A DNA stretch of 64,000 nucleotides, taken from assembly GCA_039028615.1 (NCBI GenBank), contig JBCCHT010000016.1:96001-160000 (forward strand), given 5' to 3'. Source of the DNA: Myxococcota bacterium. GTDB lineage: Bacteria > Myxococcota_A > Polyangia > Nannocystales > Nannocystaceae. Below the pieces are notes generated by a model, which ran no database searches, was not told the DNA's origin, and was given only the letters and a program-made list of their open reading frames with translations. Each line of letters starts with the position of its first letter. Position 1 is the first letter of the stretch. Of this stretch, positions 47,101 to 56,873 are shown piece by piece. The translations under genes and the position numbers were made by a program.

Positions 47101-47249
47101 GCCTGCGGAATCTCGAGGTCGGGCGTCGACTCTCGAACCAAGGAGCCATAGCCGAGCCAGCCGGCCATGACGAACGCGCAGAGCAACAGGATCGCGAAGG
47201 TCGGGCGCAGCAGCAGGAACGAGGTCATGCGGGAGGGAGGCGCCGTCAT
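44118..47249 (-). CDS. RND efflux permease (AcrB/AcrD/AcrF family)
   Basis: 1043 aa with WPGADPETIE, LALGLLVD, GIVVNNAI and RLRPILSTTLTT. Confidence 0.93.
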   Translation of the reverse strand: MTAPPSRMTSFLLLRPTFAILLLCAFVMAGWLGYGSLVRESTPDLEIPQATVVVEWPGADPETIENQVAAELETELKAMEGLRKMQSASFDSFCVIAVEFEADEDIASAMARLRARVSAAEADLPSDVEKPRISEISVNNAPIISLSLYGEVDEIARGQALDALERRLENIKGVNEVSISGQRDEVVRVRLLPSRLAALGLSGSTVRSRLVDANRDQPWDRYEATTGSIVLVMRGRMRTLEALRQTPVARMGTGRVVRLSEVADIEFGLERERSRAFISTGGEPFASAVDVSVTRLSGADAIAVAQAVKAELEAARQGPSWPQGLQYRITSDQSVDIEDSLGDGFRNALQAMAAVFVVLLIALTWREAIVAGLAIPVTFLATLGVIWAFGYTLNDLIVIGMILALGLLVDVFILMMEGMHAAIYERGEGFATAAVSTIRTYAMPALAGQLTTIFALAPLMAIGGSDGKFIRFIPLTAIICLVLSYVVALLICVPISQLVLPNKPAARAPSRIDQITSRASDSLEKFISRVVVKSRVRAVLVAVGCMGMFLASVVAAGTLPSQLYPDTDGRNLGISIIMPADAGLELSQRCADQVGEQLRGKPYLESVTKFVGRASPFTRTRISSTLRPEEDTYIIGFSAKFTPEDDRDQISVAYLEPLRSELATALRACPGSLMTYSPQAQGGADSPIEVLVMGDDLDALRKTAGQVRQALAEIPGAVDIDDNLGQVRPTLEIAPDLEALDFFGISIGDFASQVRLGFAEDEAMKFPLGQGRDDLEVRVGTAWPSRKGKPGGPTDQWEAFALTVMSNEGRPVPLRELAMAKLVNAPLAITHYDGRRAVSVTARVSGVTAGEVLEQLQPRLDVLAKEHPGIAFAQAGEAESQAETFGSAFRMLGLAAFLVFAVLVIQFDSFRQPFAMMFVVPLSLTGTLVFFVVFREPISFPGLIGIISLIGIVVNNAIVMISSMNELRRDGHSIESAAAVGAAGRLRPILSTTLTTLVGMVPLALSNPQWFPLAGAIIGGLLAGTLFAMVATPAMFILVTSRR

Positions 47250-48577
47250 TCCTTGGCCTCCGGTTGGGGCGGCGGCGCGTCGGGGACGATGTCTTCGTCG
47301 CCGATGCGCGCCACGTCGACGCGGCTGCCATCACCCAGGCTCCGACGGCCTCGGGTCACGACCAGCTCTCCCTTGGCCAGGCCGCGGACGATCTCCGCGC
47401 GGTCGACCCCGGAGAGACCCAGCGTCAGCTCGCGTCGCTCGGCTTTGTCGCCGCCCTCGGGCACGACGAACGCGAACGAGTGTTCGTCCTCGCGGATGAA
47501 CGCGTTGAAGGGGACCGCGATGGCATCCTCGGAGGACTCGGTGAGGATGAAGCAGCTGGCGAACTCGCCGTCGCGCAGACGCTCGGGCCGTTGGTGGACC
47601 CTCACCTTGACCAGGATGGAGCGGGCGCTGGGGTCGACCGAGGGGCTGACGGCAAACACGGAGCCCCGAGTCACCAGTGCTTCGGGGCGGACCGCAGGGT
47701 CGTTGGCTTGGGACAAGGTGGCCACGTCCTGCCCGGTGAGCACGAACGCGGGCTGGCCCACGCGAACCTGAGCTGCTTCGTAGGCGGGCAGCTCCACCTC
47801 GATCTCGAACTGCGAGGGATCGATGACCACCACCGGGGCGGTGCGCAACTGCTGGCCGGGATCCGGGCTGACCTGCGCGCCGAAGTTGTAGTCGCCTTCC
47901 TTGATGTTGATGGCGGCCACGACCCCGTCGAAGGGCGCGAAGATCCCCGCGCGCTCTTGGGCGATCTCGGAGCGCTTGACCTGGGCCTTTTGTGCTTTGG
48001 CCCCCGACTTGGCCGAGCGGAGGCCCGACTTGGCCGAGTCCACCGCACTACGGGCGGTGGAGACCCGCGTCTGGGCGTTGTCGACCTCGTTCTGCGTGCC
48101 CGTGCCCGACTTCAGCAGCGACTGGGCGGTGGCGAGGTCTCGCTCGGCCGCCTCGAGCTCGGCCCGGGCCGTCTTGAGCTGAGCCTCCGACGAGAGCCAC
48201 TGCCCCTGCGTGCGCTGCAGCTCGGCGCGGTTGGCTTCCACGTTGGCGAGCACGTCGCGATCGTCGACCTTCGCGATGAGCTGACCGAGCAACTCGTCGG
48301 GCGCGGGGCCTTCGACCGGGTCGCCCGGGCGCAGCTCCCCGCCGTTGGGTCCGCGCGCGACGTAGCTGACCTTGCCCTCGAGCTGGAAGTACAGCGCCTT
48401 GCGGCGCACGGCGACCGCGGTGCCTTGCCCGAAGACCCACGAGTACACCGTTCGTTTCTCGGCCCGCACCGCATGGACCACGGTGGCTGCTCCCGCGGCG
48501 GGTGGAGGCGGGGGCTCGGCTTCACCACACGCTGCGAGCAGCAGGAGGGTCGTCCATGCGACTTTCAGGCGACGCAT
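47246..48577 (-). CDS. RND periplasmic adaptor (MFP) lipoprotein
   Basis: Lipobox LAAC, a coiled coil, IFAPFDGVV and GLAKGELVVTRG. ATG 48577. Confidence 0.9.
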   Translation of the reverse strand: MRRLKVAWTTLLLLAACGEAEPPPPPAAGAATVVHAVRAEKRTVYSWVFGQGTAVAVRRKALYFQLEGKVSYVARGPNGGELRPGDPVEGPAPDELLGQLIAKVDDRDVLANVEANRAELQRTQGQWLSSEAQLKTARAELEAAERDLATAQSLLKSGTGTQNEVDNAQTRVSTARSAVDSAKSGLRSAKSGAKAQKAQVKRSEIAQERAGIFAPFDGVVAAINIKEGDYNFGAQVSPDPGQQLRTAPVVVIDPSQFEIEVELPAYEAAQVRVGQPAFVLTGQDVATLSQANDPAVRPEALVTRGSVFAVSPSVDPSARSILVKVRVHQRPERLRDGEFASCFILTESSEDAIAVPFNAFIREDEHSFAFVVPEGGDKAERRELTLGLSGVDRAEIVRGLAKGELVVTRGRRSLGDGSRVDVARIGDEDIVPDAPPPQPEAKE

Positions 48578-48677
48578 GGGCAGCACAGTACCGCGGAACG
48601 CCCCCTTCGCTCCGTCCCGCGGCAACGATGTTCGACTGCAAGTTTCGCCGCCCGCGCGGCATACTGGGCCGAGGTCG

Positions 48678-49769
48678 ATGAACCGGGCGAGGACGGCGGT
48701 CAAATTCGCGAGCGGCGTCGCGGCAGCGGGCCTGCTCGCGTGCGCGGGTTCGCCGGCGACTTCGCCTCCGCCCTCGTCTCGAGCACGGGTCGAGATCGAT
48801 CTGGCGGCCGAGCCCGACGATCGACGAGCGTGCGGGCGGTGCCACGCGGAGATCATGGCCGAGTGGCAGGCCTCGGAGCATCGCAGCGCGTGGAGTGACC
48901 CGGTGTTCCAGTCGGGGTACGCGGTCGATCGGCAGCCGGAGTGTCGTCAATGCCATGCGCCGTTGAACGCCGAACCCCGAGACCCACTGCCCTCGTCGGT
49001 GGCGGCTCGCAACGGGGTGTCGTGCCGCTCGTGTCATGCCGCGCAGGGGCACATCGCGGGACCCGGCTCGGGTCGAGCCCACGGGGGACCCGTCGCGGCG
49101 GAGTGGGGGACGAGCACCGCCTGCCGGGGCTGCCATGAGTTCGACTTTCCCCGGCCGACGCCGGAGCGCCGCGCCGTCTTCGACCCGCGCGAGCCGATGC
49201 AGCGGACCGTGTCGGAGTGGGCGCAGTCGGGTACGGACTCCACCTGTCAGGACTGCCACATGCCCTGGCGGATCGGCGAGGACGGAGGTCGCTACCGTAG
49301 CCATCGCATGCGAGGCATCGATGACGCGGAGTTCATGGCCTCGGCGGTGCAGGTGCAGCTGCGGGCGAAGATCGTCGGTGATGAAACGGTGGTCGAGGCC
49401 GAAGTCCACGCCGAGACCCTCGGTCATGCCTTTCCGACCGGCGACATGTTTCGGGTGGCCGAGCTCGCGGTGTGGCCCGTCGGGCAGTCGGAGCAGGCGA
49501 AGGGGCTCGAGATGCGCCGCGAGTTCGGGACCGTGGCGCGGCTCGACGACGAGGGCGTGATGCAGGCGTGGGGGGCCGAGGTTCGGGACACGCGGCCCCG
49601 GCCGGGCCGCCCCGTGCGACGGACGTTGCGTTTTGCCGGGGCGCACCCCGAGCTGTCGTGGAGCCTGGTGCATCGACGCATGCCGACCGAGCAGGCTCGA
49701 AGCCAAGGCTTGGTCGAGGTCAACGAGCGGGCGATCGCCCATGGGCGCGTGTCGGCGACCTCCGAGTGA
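48678..49769 (+). CDS. Pentaheme c-type cytochrome lipoprotein
   Basis: Five CxxCH motifs (CGRCH, CRQCH, CRSCH, CRGCH, CQDCH), GHAFPTGD and lipobox LLAC. Confidence 0.88.
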   Translation: MNRARTAVKFASGVAAAGLLACAGSPATSPPPSSRARVEIDLAAEPDDRRACGRCHAEIMAEWQASEHRSAWSDPVFQSGYAVDRQPECRQCHAPLNAEPRDPLPSSVAARNGVSCRSCHAAQGHIAGPGSGRAHGGPVAAEWGTSTACRGCHEFDFPRPTPERRAVFDPREPMQRTVSEWAQSGTDSTCQDCHMPWRIGEDGGRYRSHRMRGIDDAEFMASAVQVQLRAKIVGDETVVEAEVHAETLGHAFPTGDMFRVAELAVWPVGQSEQAKGLEMRREFGTVARLDDEGVMQAWGAEVRDTRPRPGRPVRRTLRFAGAHPELSWSLVHRRMPTEQARSQGLVEVNERAIAHGRVSATSE

Positions 49770-49801
49770 CGACCCGCCTCGAACGCGTTATACGAGAGCG
49801 G

Positions 49802-50434
49802 ATGGACGCCGCCGCGAACGCATCGATCGAAGAGATCCTCGAGTACTGGTTCGGCACGCTCGAAGGCCCCGCCGACCTGAACGCCGAGAAGAACTCGCTG
49901 TGGTGGGCCGGGGGCGAGCACGTCGACGCCGAGGTTCGCGAGCGCTTCGGCGCGCTCGTCGAGCAGGCCTGCGGCGGGCAGCTCGATCACTGGCAAGACA
50001 CGGCCCGAGGCACGCTCGCGCTGGTGATCCTGCTCGATCAGTTCACGCGCAACCTTCGGCGCGGCACGGCCAAGGCCTTCGAGAGCGACGGCAAGGCCCA
50101 AGGCATCGTGCTCGCCGCGCTCGACCGCGGCGCCGATACGGAGCTGAAGGTCATCGAGCAGAGCTTCTTGTGCATGCCGCTGATGCACGCCGAGGATCGA
50201 GATCTGGCGCGGCGGTGCCTCGAGCAGTTCGAGTGCATCGCCGAGCGAAGGGCAGAGCTGGGGCGCGAGGACTATCCCAACTTCATGCCCTCGGCGAAGA
50301 CCCACGCCGACATCGTGCTCCGCTTCGGTCGCTATCCGCACCGCAACGAGATCATCGGGCGCGACTCGACCCCCGAGGAGATCGAGTTTCTCGCCGACGG
50401 CGGGCCCTCCTTCGGACAGAAGAAGAAGAGCTAG
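49802..50434 (+). CDS. DUF924-family protein
   Basis: ILEYWFG, ILLDQFTRN, MPLMHAED and RFGRYPHRN. Confidence 0.92.
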   Translation: MDAAANASIEEILEYWFGTLEGPADLNAEKNSLWWAGGEHVDAEVRERFGALVEQACGGQLDHWQDTARGTLALVILLDQFTRNLRRGTAKAFESDGKAQGIVLAALDRGADTELKVIEQSFLCMPLMHAEDRDLARRCLEQFECIAERRAELGREDYPNFMPSAKTHADIVLRFGRYPHRNEIIGRDSTPEEIEFLADGGPSFGQKKKS

Positions 50435-50443
50435 TGTGGTGAA

Positions 50444-52000
50444 TCAGTACAGGTAGACGGCCCCGGCATACTGGGCGCCATTGTCGGCCTGATCGCCGTT
50501 GATGCCCGTGGCCGCGCTCGACTCGCCGGTTGCACCGATGGCGCGGACGCTCCCGTCTCCACTCAACCCGACGCTGAACCCGAACACGTCCCCGAGCGGG
50601 ATGTCCGTGCCCGTATTCGACGCCTTGATGTAGTGCTGCTGCTCCCAGCCCGCGGCCGTGCGCAGAAACCAGTACGCGGCACCGGCCGCCCCGGTGTCGT
50701 CGTTCTGGTCGCCATCGAGCGCGGTGGCGGCGCTCGCCTCGAATGGTGCGCCGACCAGCAGTCGATCGCCCGCGTCGTCGAAGGCCGCGCTGAACCCGAA
50801 GTTGTCCTCGGCTCCCGGGTTGGATGCCTTGACAAAGGCTTGCTGCGTCCAACCGCCCACGCCATCGAACTCGAAGACGTACAACGCACCCGCGCCGGGC
50901 ATCGAGTCGTCGGAGGGGTCACCCCCGGCGCTCTGTTCCCGCGCCGCCCCGACCGCGATCGTGCTCATGTCGGCGCTGGCGGCTAGCCCGAAGCCGAACT
51001 CATCGCCTGCGCCGGCATTGGATGCCTTGAGATAGGCGACCTCGGACCAGTCTCCGCCCGCGCCTCTCTCGAAGACATAGGCGGCACCCGCATCGGGGGC
51101 GGAGTCGTCGGCGGGGTCGAAGCCAGCCGTCGCGCTCGCTTCTCCCGGCGCACCGACGAGCAACCGGGTCCCGCTGCCATCGAGGAGCACCTCCTCGCCG
51201 AGCCGATCGTCGGCATCCGAGTTCGACGTCTTGAGGTAGGCCACTTGCTGCCATCCACCGATGACCTGGTTGTCGAACACGTAGACCGCCCCCGAAGATT
51301 CGGCGTCGTTGTTGCCCTGGTCGCCGTTGATCTCGGTCGCGTTGCTGGCCTCGTTGATCGCTCCCACCGCCAACCGAGCACCGTCGTCACTGAGCGACAC
51401 GCTGCTCCCGAAGAAGTCACCGGGCTCGGCATTCGAAGCCTTGATGTACTCGGTCTGCGTCCACGTGCCGCTCGCATCCCGCTCGAAGATGTAGACCGCG
51501 CCGACGAGGGTCCCCGAGTCGTCCAGCATGTCACCCCCGACGCCGGCCGCCGTGCTGCGCTCGCCCGCGGCCCCCACCGCGAGGGTGTCTCCATCGCTGC
51601 TCAGCGCCACGCCCACGCCAAAGAAGTCGCCAGTGCCGGCGTTGCTGGCCTTGAGGAACGCTTGCTCGGTCCAGCCCTGGTCGACGGTCCAGGAGTAGAC
51701 GTAGACGGCGCCCGAGTTTCCGCTCGGTCCGGCACCGCTGCCGGGGTTACCCAGCGCATCGCTGTTCTCGGAGAACGCCCCGACGGCGAGCGTTCGGCCG
51801 TCGTCGCTGAACACGACCCTCGTTCCGAACAACGAGTCTGCTGTCGTATTCGAGGCTTTGACATAGACCGGAGTCTCCGCGAGTTCCTCGGTGCCTGGTA
51901 CTTCGGTGCCCGTGTCGGGCTCGTCGGGATCGGGGAAATCGCATCCGCCCGGGGCGAGAAATAGCAGTAGAGTGAAGGCCGATAGAACGCGCGGGAACAC
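50444..52000 (-). CDS. Integrin-like FG-GAP repeat lipoprotein
   Basis: Repeated Y(V/I/L)KASN...D.FG...LS.DG..LAVGA...GAVY. Lipobox PGGC. Confidence 0.88.
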   Translation of the reverse strand: MFPRVLSAFTLLLFLAPGGCDFPDPDEPDTGTEVPGTEELAETPVYVKASNTTADSLFGTRVVFSDDGRTLAVGAFSENSDALGNPGSGAGPSGNSGAVYVYSWTVDQGWTEQAFLKASNAGTGDFFGVGVALSSDGDTLAVGAAGERSTAAGVGGDMLDDSGTLVGAVYIFERDASGTWTQTEYIKASNAEPGDFFGSSVSLSDDGARLAVGAINEASNATEINGDQGNNDAESSGAVYVFDNQVIGGWQQVAYLKTSNSDADDRLGEEVLLDGSGTRLLVGAPGEASATAGFDPADDSAPDAGAAYVFERGAGGDWSEVAYLKASNAGAGDEFGFGLAASADMSTIAVGAAREQSAGGDPSDDSMPGAGALYVFEFDGVGGWTQQAFVKASNPGAEDNFGFSAAFDDAGDRLLVGAPFEASAATALDGDQNDDTGAAGAAYWFLRTAAGWEQQHYIKASNTGTDIPLGDVFGFSVGLSGDGSVRAIGATGESSAATGINGDQADNGAQYAGAVYLY

Positions 52001-52332
52001 GGCCGGCCGATAGCAAGGTGCTCGAGCCATTGTCAACGAAACCCCTCGTCGAGTGCATTGAGTGCGCATTTCTGCGCAACCGACCAACGATCAAGACGCT
52101 TCATCTACACAATGGTGGTCTCTTTCGCATGACCCATTGATGCCAGGGCGACGTTGGTACTTGCCGTAATGTGGCTATATTGAAGTCGGATACATCGATG
52201 ATGTGCCGAGTGTTCCTGCTGTCGATTGTGTCAGTTTGCCCATCGCGCGGTTGATGGTCGAACTATGCGTCTCACCAATGGAGCTTGATTGTTGATGCTC
52301 GGACTCGAGATGTAGCGAGTCTACGGGTCACC

Positions 52333-55218
52333 CTAGTTCCCCGGCGCGGGCCAGGGGTGCTCGGCCCGCCAGGCCTTCAGTCGCTGCAGGTCGCGGGCGT
52401 AGCCCCCGGAGACGTCTTCGAACTTGGTGAGCGCTTGCGAGACCAACTCCTGGGCCTGCGCGACGTCCTGCCCGGCGGCGACCATGCACATGCCGGCTTC
52501 GAGGCGGACCTGGGCGAGGGTGACCTCGGCGGAGTCGGCTTCGACGGCCTGCTTCAGGGCGCGTTCCATGGTCTCGACCGACGCGCCGGTCTCACCGAGT
52601 TCCCGCTGCGCCCAGGCCAGGGCACGGAGGGCATCGAAGAGGGGCTTGGTGGTCGACTTGCGCGCTTCCTGTAGCTCGATGGTACGCAGGGCTTCGGCCT
52701 TGGCTTCGGAGTAGCGCCCCGCCTCGGCCATCATGATCGCCGCGGACGCACCGTTGATCGCGTGTTCGGGATGGTCGGGCGCCAGCCGACGAGTGGCGAT
52801 CTCCTTGGCCTCGAGCACCAGCCCGAGCGCTTCCTCGAAGCGTTTTTGGTCGCGGATGGCATGGGCCAGGTTGCGCTTGGACTCGGCGATGGAAGGGTGG
52901 TCGGGGCCGAGCAGCTCGCGACGAGTCTCGAGCGCCTGACGGTGCAGTCGCTCGGATTCCCCGGGGCGGCCGAGGTTGCGCTGAGCCACGGCCATGCTGG
53001 CGATGCTGCGCGCATACTCGACGCTGCGCTCACCCAGCACGGTGCGCTGGAGCGCGAGGGTTTTCTCGAGGCTCTTCTCCGCCTCTTCGTAGCGCCCGCG
53101 CATGAGCGCCACCATGGCGAGGTTGGCCCACAGTCGGGTCATGCGGGGGTGCTGCGGTCCGAGGATCCGCTCGGTGTGCGCGGCCGCCTTCTCGATGTTC
53201 TCGGTGGCCTTGTCGAAGTCGCGACGCCCGGCGTAGTAGCTGCCCAGGTTCATCAAGCCGACGGAGAGGTTGGGACTGTCGGGGTCGTCCTCGCGCTGCT
53301 TGGCGAGCATCTGCTCGAAGTACTCCCGGGCCTCGTCGTAGTGGGCTTGAGAGGACGCAATGACCGCCTGCGCGTTGAGGATGCCGATGAGGATGTCGTC
53401 GGCGCCGCCCTGCCGCTCGACCAGCGAGTGGGCGATGGCGGCCCACTCGAGACCCTGCCCGTGCAGCTGCTCTTCGTAGCCGAGCTGGTAGGCGAGATCG
53501 GTGGCCGCCATGGCGGCGAGTCGATCGTCGCCGGCCGCCAGTGCATCGTTGAGAGCACGGCGCAGCGTGGCGGGCCCCTCTGGCTCGTCGAGCGCGAGCT
53601 GGGCTCCCGACAACGCATGCATGACCCGCGCGATGATCGGCCGGTACCCGGTGGCCTCGGCTCGCGCCACGAGCTTTTTCAGCTGCACGAGCTGCTCTCG
53701 GTAGCGGGCGGCGGCACTCAGCGCCTCGGCTCGGGTCAGCGCTTCATCGATGGCATCGACCTCGGTCCGGACTTCCTCGTCGTCCGGGGGAGGGACCGCC
53801 GAAAGCAGCGTGACGATATCGCTGCATCCGTCGAGGTCGGGCAGGGCTCGGCTGCTCCGCACGGCCCCGTCGACCACCGCGGGGTTGGGATCGGCGATGA
53901 CCTCCACGAAGGCATCCAGCTTCAGCAAGCGCTCGTTGAGACAGCGCCGCCGCGCATCGAGGACGTCGCTCGATTGCTGATGCGTGACGTGGGTGGCCTT
54001 GCAGGCCTCCACGGCCTGGCTCGACCACGCCTCGGCGTAGGGGTCGAGGTGTTGCTTCACGCGAGACCAGGTGTCGTCCGCGTACGCCAGCTCGGTGTCG
54101 TGGAAGGCCTTGGCGATGGCCTCCGCCCGTTGCTCGTTCCAGACCTCCTGGATGTCGGCACCGGCCGCCTTGCAGGGCGAGGCCCCACGAGCCCCGGATC
54201 GATAGGCGAGGGCGGCCACGAGCACGCCGCCGGCCACGACCCCTGCCGCCATCCCGATTCGACGGCGACGCTGGCCCGGGTCGTGTCGCAGCTGCTGGAG
54301 CAGCGCGTGCATCGAAGGGTGGCGCTTGCTCGGCTCGTTCCGCAGGCCTCGCATGACCACCTGGCGGAGCCGGCTCGGGACCTTGCGATCGGCGGGGGGG
54401 TCTCGGACCTCGCCCTGCAGCACCGCGGTGGCCAGCGATTCGAAGGTGTCGCTGGCAAAGGGGCGCTCGCCGTAGAGCGCTTCGTACAGCGCGACGCAGA
54501 ATGCGAACTGGTCGGAGGCGGCCGTGGCCACCTGTCCCCCCAGCTGCTCGGGGGACATATACGCGGGCGTGCCCATCACCGCGCCGGCCTCGGTCAGCGC
54601 CAGGTCGAGGTTGGAGCTCATCAGCTGCTCGGCGGGGCCGAGGGAGTCGTCGCTGCCGCGACCGCGGGCGAGGCCGAAGTCGAGGACGCGCACGCGACCA
54701 TCGTGGCCCCGCAGGGCGTTGTCGGGCTTGAAGTCGCGGTGGACCAGCTCGGCCGCATGGGCGGCGGCCAGGCCCTCGCCCGCCTGAATGAACACGGCCA
54801 GGATCTCGGGAATGGACCGGGGCTCGGCCGCGAGCCACTGGCTCAGGGTTTGCCCCTCGACCAGCTCCATGGCGACGAACACCGAGCCCGAGATCTCCCC
54901 GACGTCGTGCACGGCCACCACGTTGGGGTGCGAGATTCGAGCGATGGCCTGGGCCTCGCGAATTAGTCGCGTTCGTCCGTCGCGGACCAGGTCATCGTGC
55001 AGGATCTTGATCGCGACGCGTCGGTCGAGCTCGGGGTCGTACGCGACATAGACCACCCCCATGCCCCCGGAACCCAGTTCGTCGACGATGACGTAGCGAT
55101 CGACGGCCGCGCCCCGAGCGAGGCGTTGCGGATCGTGGTCCCGTCGCCGCGTGCCCACGCTGTCTTCTGCGAGCAGCGTCGCGTCCCCATCATCGATGGG
55201 GCCGGTGGGGAGGTTCAT
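52333..55218 (-). CDS. Ser/Thr protein kinase with TM and TPR repeats
   Basis: LGSGGMGVV, VAIK, HRDFKPDN, DFGLA, GTPAYMSPEQ, then LGP.HP TPR repeats. Confidence 0.95.
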   Translation of the reverse strand: MNLPTGPIDDGDATLLAEDSVGTRRRDHDPQRLARGAAVDRYVIVDELGSGGMGVVYVAYDPELDRRVAIKILHDDLVRDGRTRLIREAQAIARISHPNVVAVHDVGEISGSVFVAMELVEGQTLSQWLAAEPRSIPEILAVFIQAGEGLAAAHAAELVHRDFKPDNALRGHDGRVRVLDFGLARGRGSDDSLGPAEQLMSSNLDLALTEAGAVMGTPAYMSPEQLGGQVATAASDQFAFCVALYEALYGERPFASDTFESLATAVLQGEVRDPPADRKVPSRLRQVVMRGLRNEPSKRHPSMHALLQQLRHDPGQRRRRIGMAAGVVAGGVLVAALAYRSGARGASPCKAAGADIQEVWNEQRAEAIAKAFHDTELAYADDTWSRVKQHLDPYAEAWSSQAVEACKATHVTHQQSSDVLDARRRCLNERLLKLDAFVEVIADPNPAVVDGAVRSSRALPDLDGCSDIVTLLSAVPPPDDEEVRTEVDAIDEALTRAEALSAAARYREQLVQLKKLVARAEATGYRPIIARVMHALSGAQLALDEPEGPATLRRALNDALAAGDDRLAAMAATDLAYQLGYEEQLHGQGLEWAAIAHSLVERQGGADDILIGILNAQAVIASSQAHYDEAREYFEQMLAKQREDDPDSPNLSVGLMNLGSYYAGRRDFDKATENIEKAAAHTERILGPQHPRMTRLWANLAMVALMRGRYEEAEKSLEKTLALQRTVLGERSVEYARSIASMAVAQRNLGRPGESERLHRQALETRRELLGPDHPSIAESKRNLAHAIRDQKRFEEALGLVLEAKEIATRRLAPDHPEHAINGASAAIMMAEAGRYSEAKAEALRTIELQEARKSTTKPLFDALRALAWAQRELGETGASVETMERALKQAVEADSAEVTLAQVRLEAGMCMVAAGQDVAQAQELVSQALTKFEDVSGGYARDLQRLKAWRAEHPWPAPGN

Positions 55219-55360
55219 GGGTCGACGATTCACCGCTGCCCCGAGCATGCCGTGCGCGGAGCCGATGCGCTACGGCTCACGGACGGTTGCTTGCACGCGG
55301 CGCCGAGTGTGAGAGACTCCGCTCGTGCTGGCTCGGCTCGAGGCTCGTGGTCGTCGATTC

Positions 55361-56080
55361 ATGGTGCTTCTCGGCCTTTGTTGGGCCGGGGCCTCGTGCT
55401 CCCGCGCGGGCAGCGAGCCCACCGAGGCGCCCGCCGTGGCCCCTGCGCCTGCGTCGGAGCCGGAGTCCGATGCGGGACCCGACCTCGAGCAGAACACCTT
55501 CGTTTCGACCTCCTTCAACGAGGACGACGCCAAGGACGAGCCGACGCAGGACGTGCCCAAGGCCAAGGGGAACGACCTCAGTGAGCTGGCGACGGTCACC
55601 ACCGCCGAGGACGCCCGGCAACGGGCCGAAGCCGCCATCGCCGACCAGCTCGACCCGAACCGCAGCTACAAGATGTCGCCCATCCTGCCCGCGCAGTGGC
55701 CGATCAAGGACCGCGCCGCGGTGGTGTTCTTCTACCCGATGGCCCCGAACCCGCCGAGCCTCACCGAGTTTCGGGTGTTCTCGGCCGCGTTTCGGGTGAC
55801 GGTGATGCTCGAGGACGGCGCGACCGAGGTGAAGACGATCAGTAAGCGCCGCAAGCTCGGGACCATCAAGGAAACCCGGGTGACCTCGCTCGAGCGACGC
55901 GAGCTCGAGATGGCCGAGGCCGCCATGATTCGGCAGCTGCTGGGCTTCGAGATCAAGGCGGGCGCCAAGCCCTACTGGGGCTACCTCAAGTACGTGCACG
56001 AGCACCCCAAGGTGGGCCGCGACCTCGAGCGTCGGTCGTCCGCCTTCTACGGGTGGCTGCGGCGCAAGCACGGCAAGTGA
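55361..56080 (+). CDS. Hypothetical exported/lipoprotein
   Basis: Hydrophobic N-terminus with GASC and a globular C-terminus. The start may be 55325. Confidence 0.65.
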   Translation: MVLLGLCWAGASCSRAGSEPTEAPAVAPAPASEPESDAGPDLEQNTFVSTSFNEDDAKDEPTQDVPKAKGNDLSELATVTTAEDARQRAEAAIADQLDPNRSYKMSPILPAQWPIKDRAAVVFFYPMAPNPPSLTEFRVFSAAFRVTVMLEDGATEVKTISKRRKLGTIKETRVTSLERRELEMAEAAMIRQLLGFEIKAGAKPYWGYLKYVHEHPKVGRDLERRSSAFYGWLRRKHGK

Positions 56081-56107
56081 TGCCGACCGACGAACACGAG
56101 TAGAGCG

Positions 56108-56857
56108 ATGGAACTCAACGAGCTGAAGATCATCGTCACCGGGGGCGGTGGCGGCATGGGAGCGCACTTTGCCCGTCGTCTCGCCGAGGCCGGGGCCCAG
56201 GTCGCGGTGGGGGATGTCGACGAAGCGGGCCTCGCTCAGCTGCCCGAGTCCATTCACACTCGTCGTCTCGACGTGTCCAGCGACACCGACTGCGAGGCCT
56301 TCGTGGCCTGGGCGCGCGAGACCCTGGGCGGGCTGAACGGGCTCATCAACAACGCGGGCATCCTGCGCGACGGTCTGCTGGTGCGTTGCGATCGCAAGAC
56401 CGGCGAGGTCACCACGATGTCCAACGAGCAGTGGCGACAGAGCCTGGGCGTCAACCTCGACGGTCCCACGTTCATGACCCGGGCGATGGCTCGGACGATG
56501 CTGGAGGCCAAGGCCGGCCCCGGGGTGATCGTCAACATCTCGAGCATCGCGCGGCACGGCAACCGCGGTCAGTCGAACTATGTCGCGGCCAAGGCGGCTC
56601 TGGCCGCCAACACCGTGACCTGGTCGCACGAGCTGTCGCCGCACGGGATCCGGGTCGGCGCGGTCGCGCCCGGGATGATCGAGACCCCCATGACCCGCGG
56701 CATGAAGCCGAAGGTCCGCGACGCGCTGGTGGGCATGATTCCCATCGGGCGCATCGGCGAGCCCGAGGACATCTGGCGAGCCGTTCGCTTCGTGATCGAG
56801 TGCGACTACTTCACCGGTCGCACGATCGACGTGGACGGCGGCGCCAGCCTGGGCTGA
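56108..56857 (+). CDS. SDR-family oxidoreductase (FabG-like)
   Basis: TGGGGGMG, NNAG, NISS, YVAAK and APGMIETPM. Confidence 0.93.
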   Translation: MELNELKIIVTGGGGGMGAHFARRLAEAGAQVAVGDVDEAGLAQLPESIHTRRLDVSSDTDCEAFVAWARETLGGLNGLINNAGILRDGLLVRCDRKTGEVTTMSNEQWRQSLGVNLDGPTFMTRAMARTMLEAKAGPGVIVNISSIARHGNRGQSNYVAAKAALAANTVTWSHELSPHGIRVGAVAPGMIETPMTRGMKPKVRDALVGMIPIGRIGEPEDIWRAVRFVIECDYFTGRTIDVDGGASLG

Positions 56858-56873
56858 GCCGAGCGGGTCGTGG

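Noticed and set aside
52080..52330. Lower-GC intergenic stretch as an ncRNA or mobile-element scar
   Set aside because: I could not identify a convincing structure, terminal repeats or a credible ORF.
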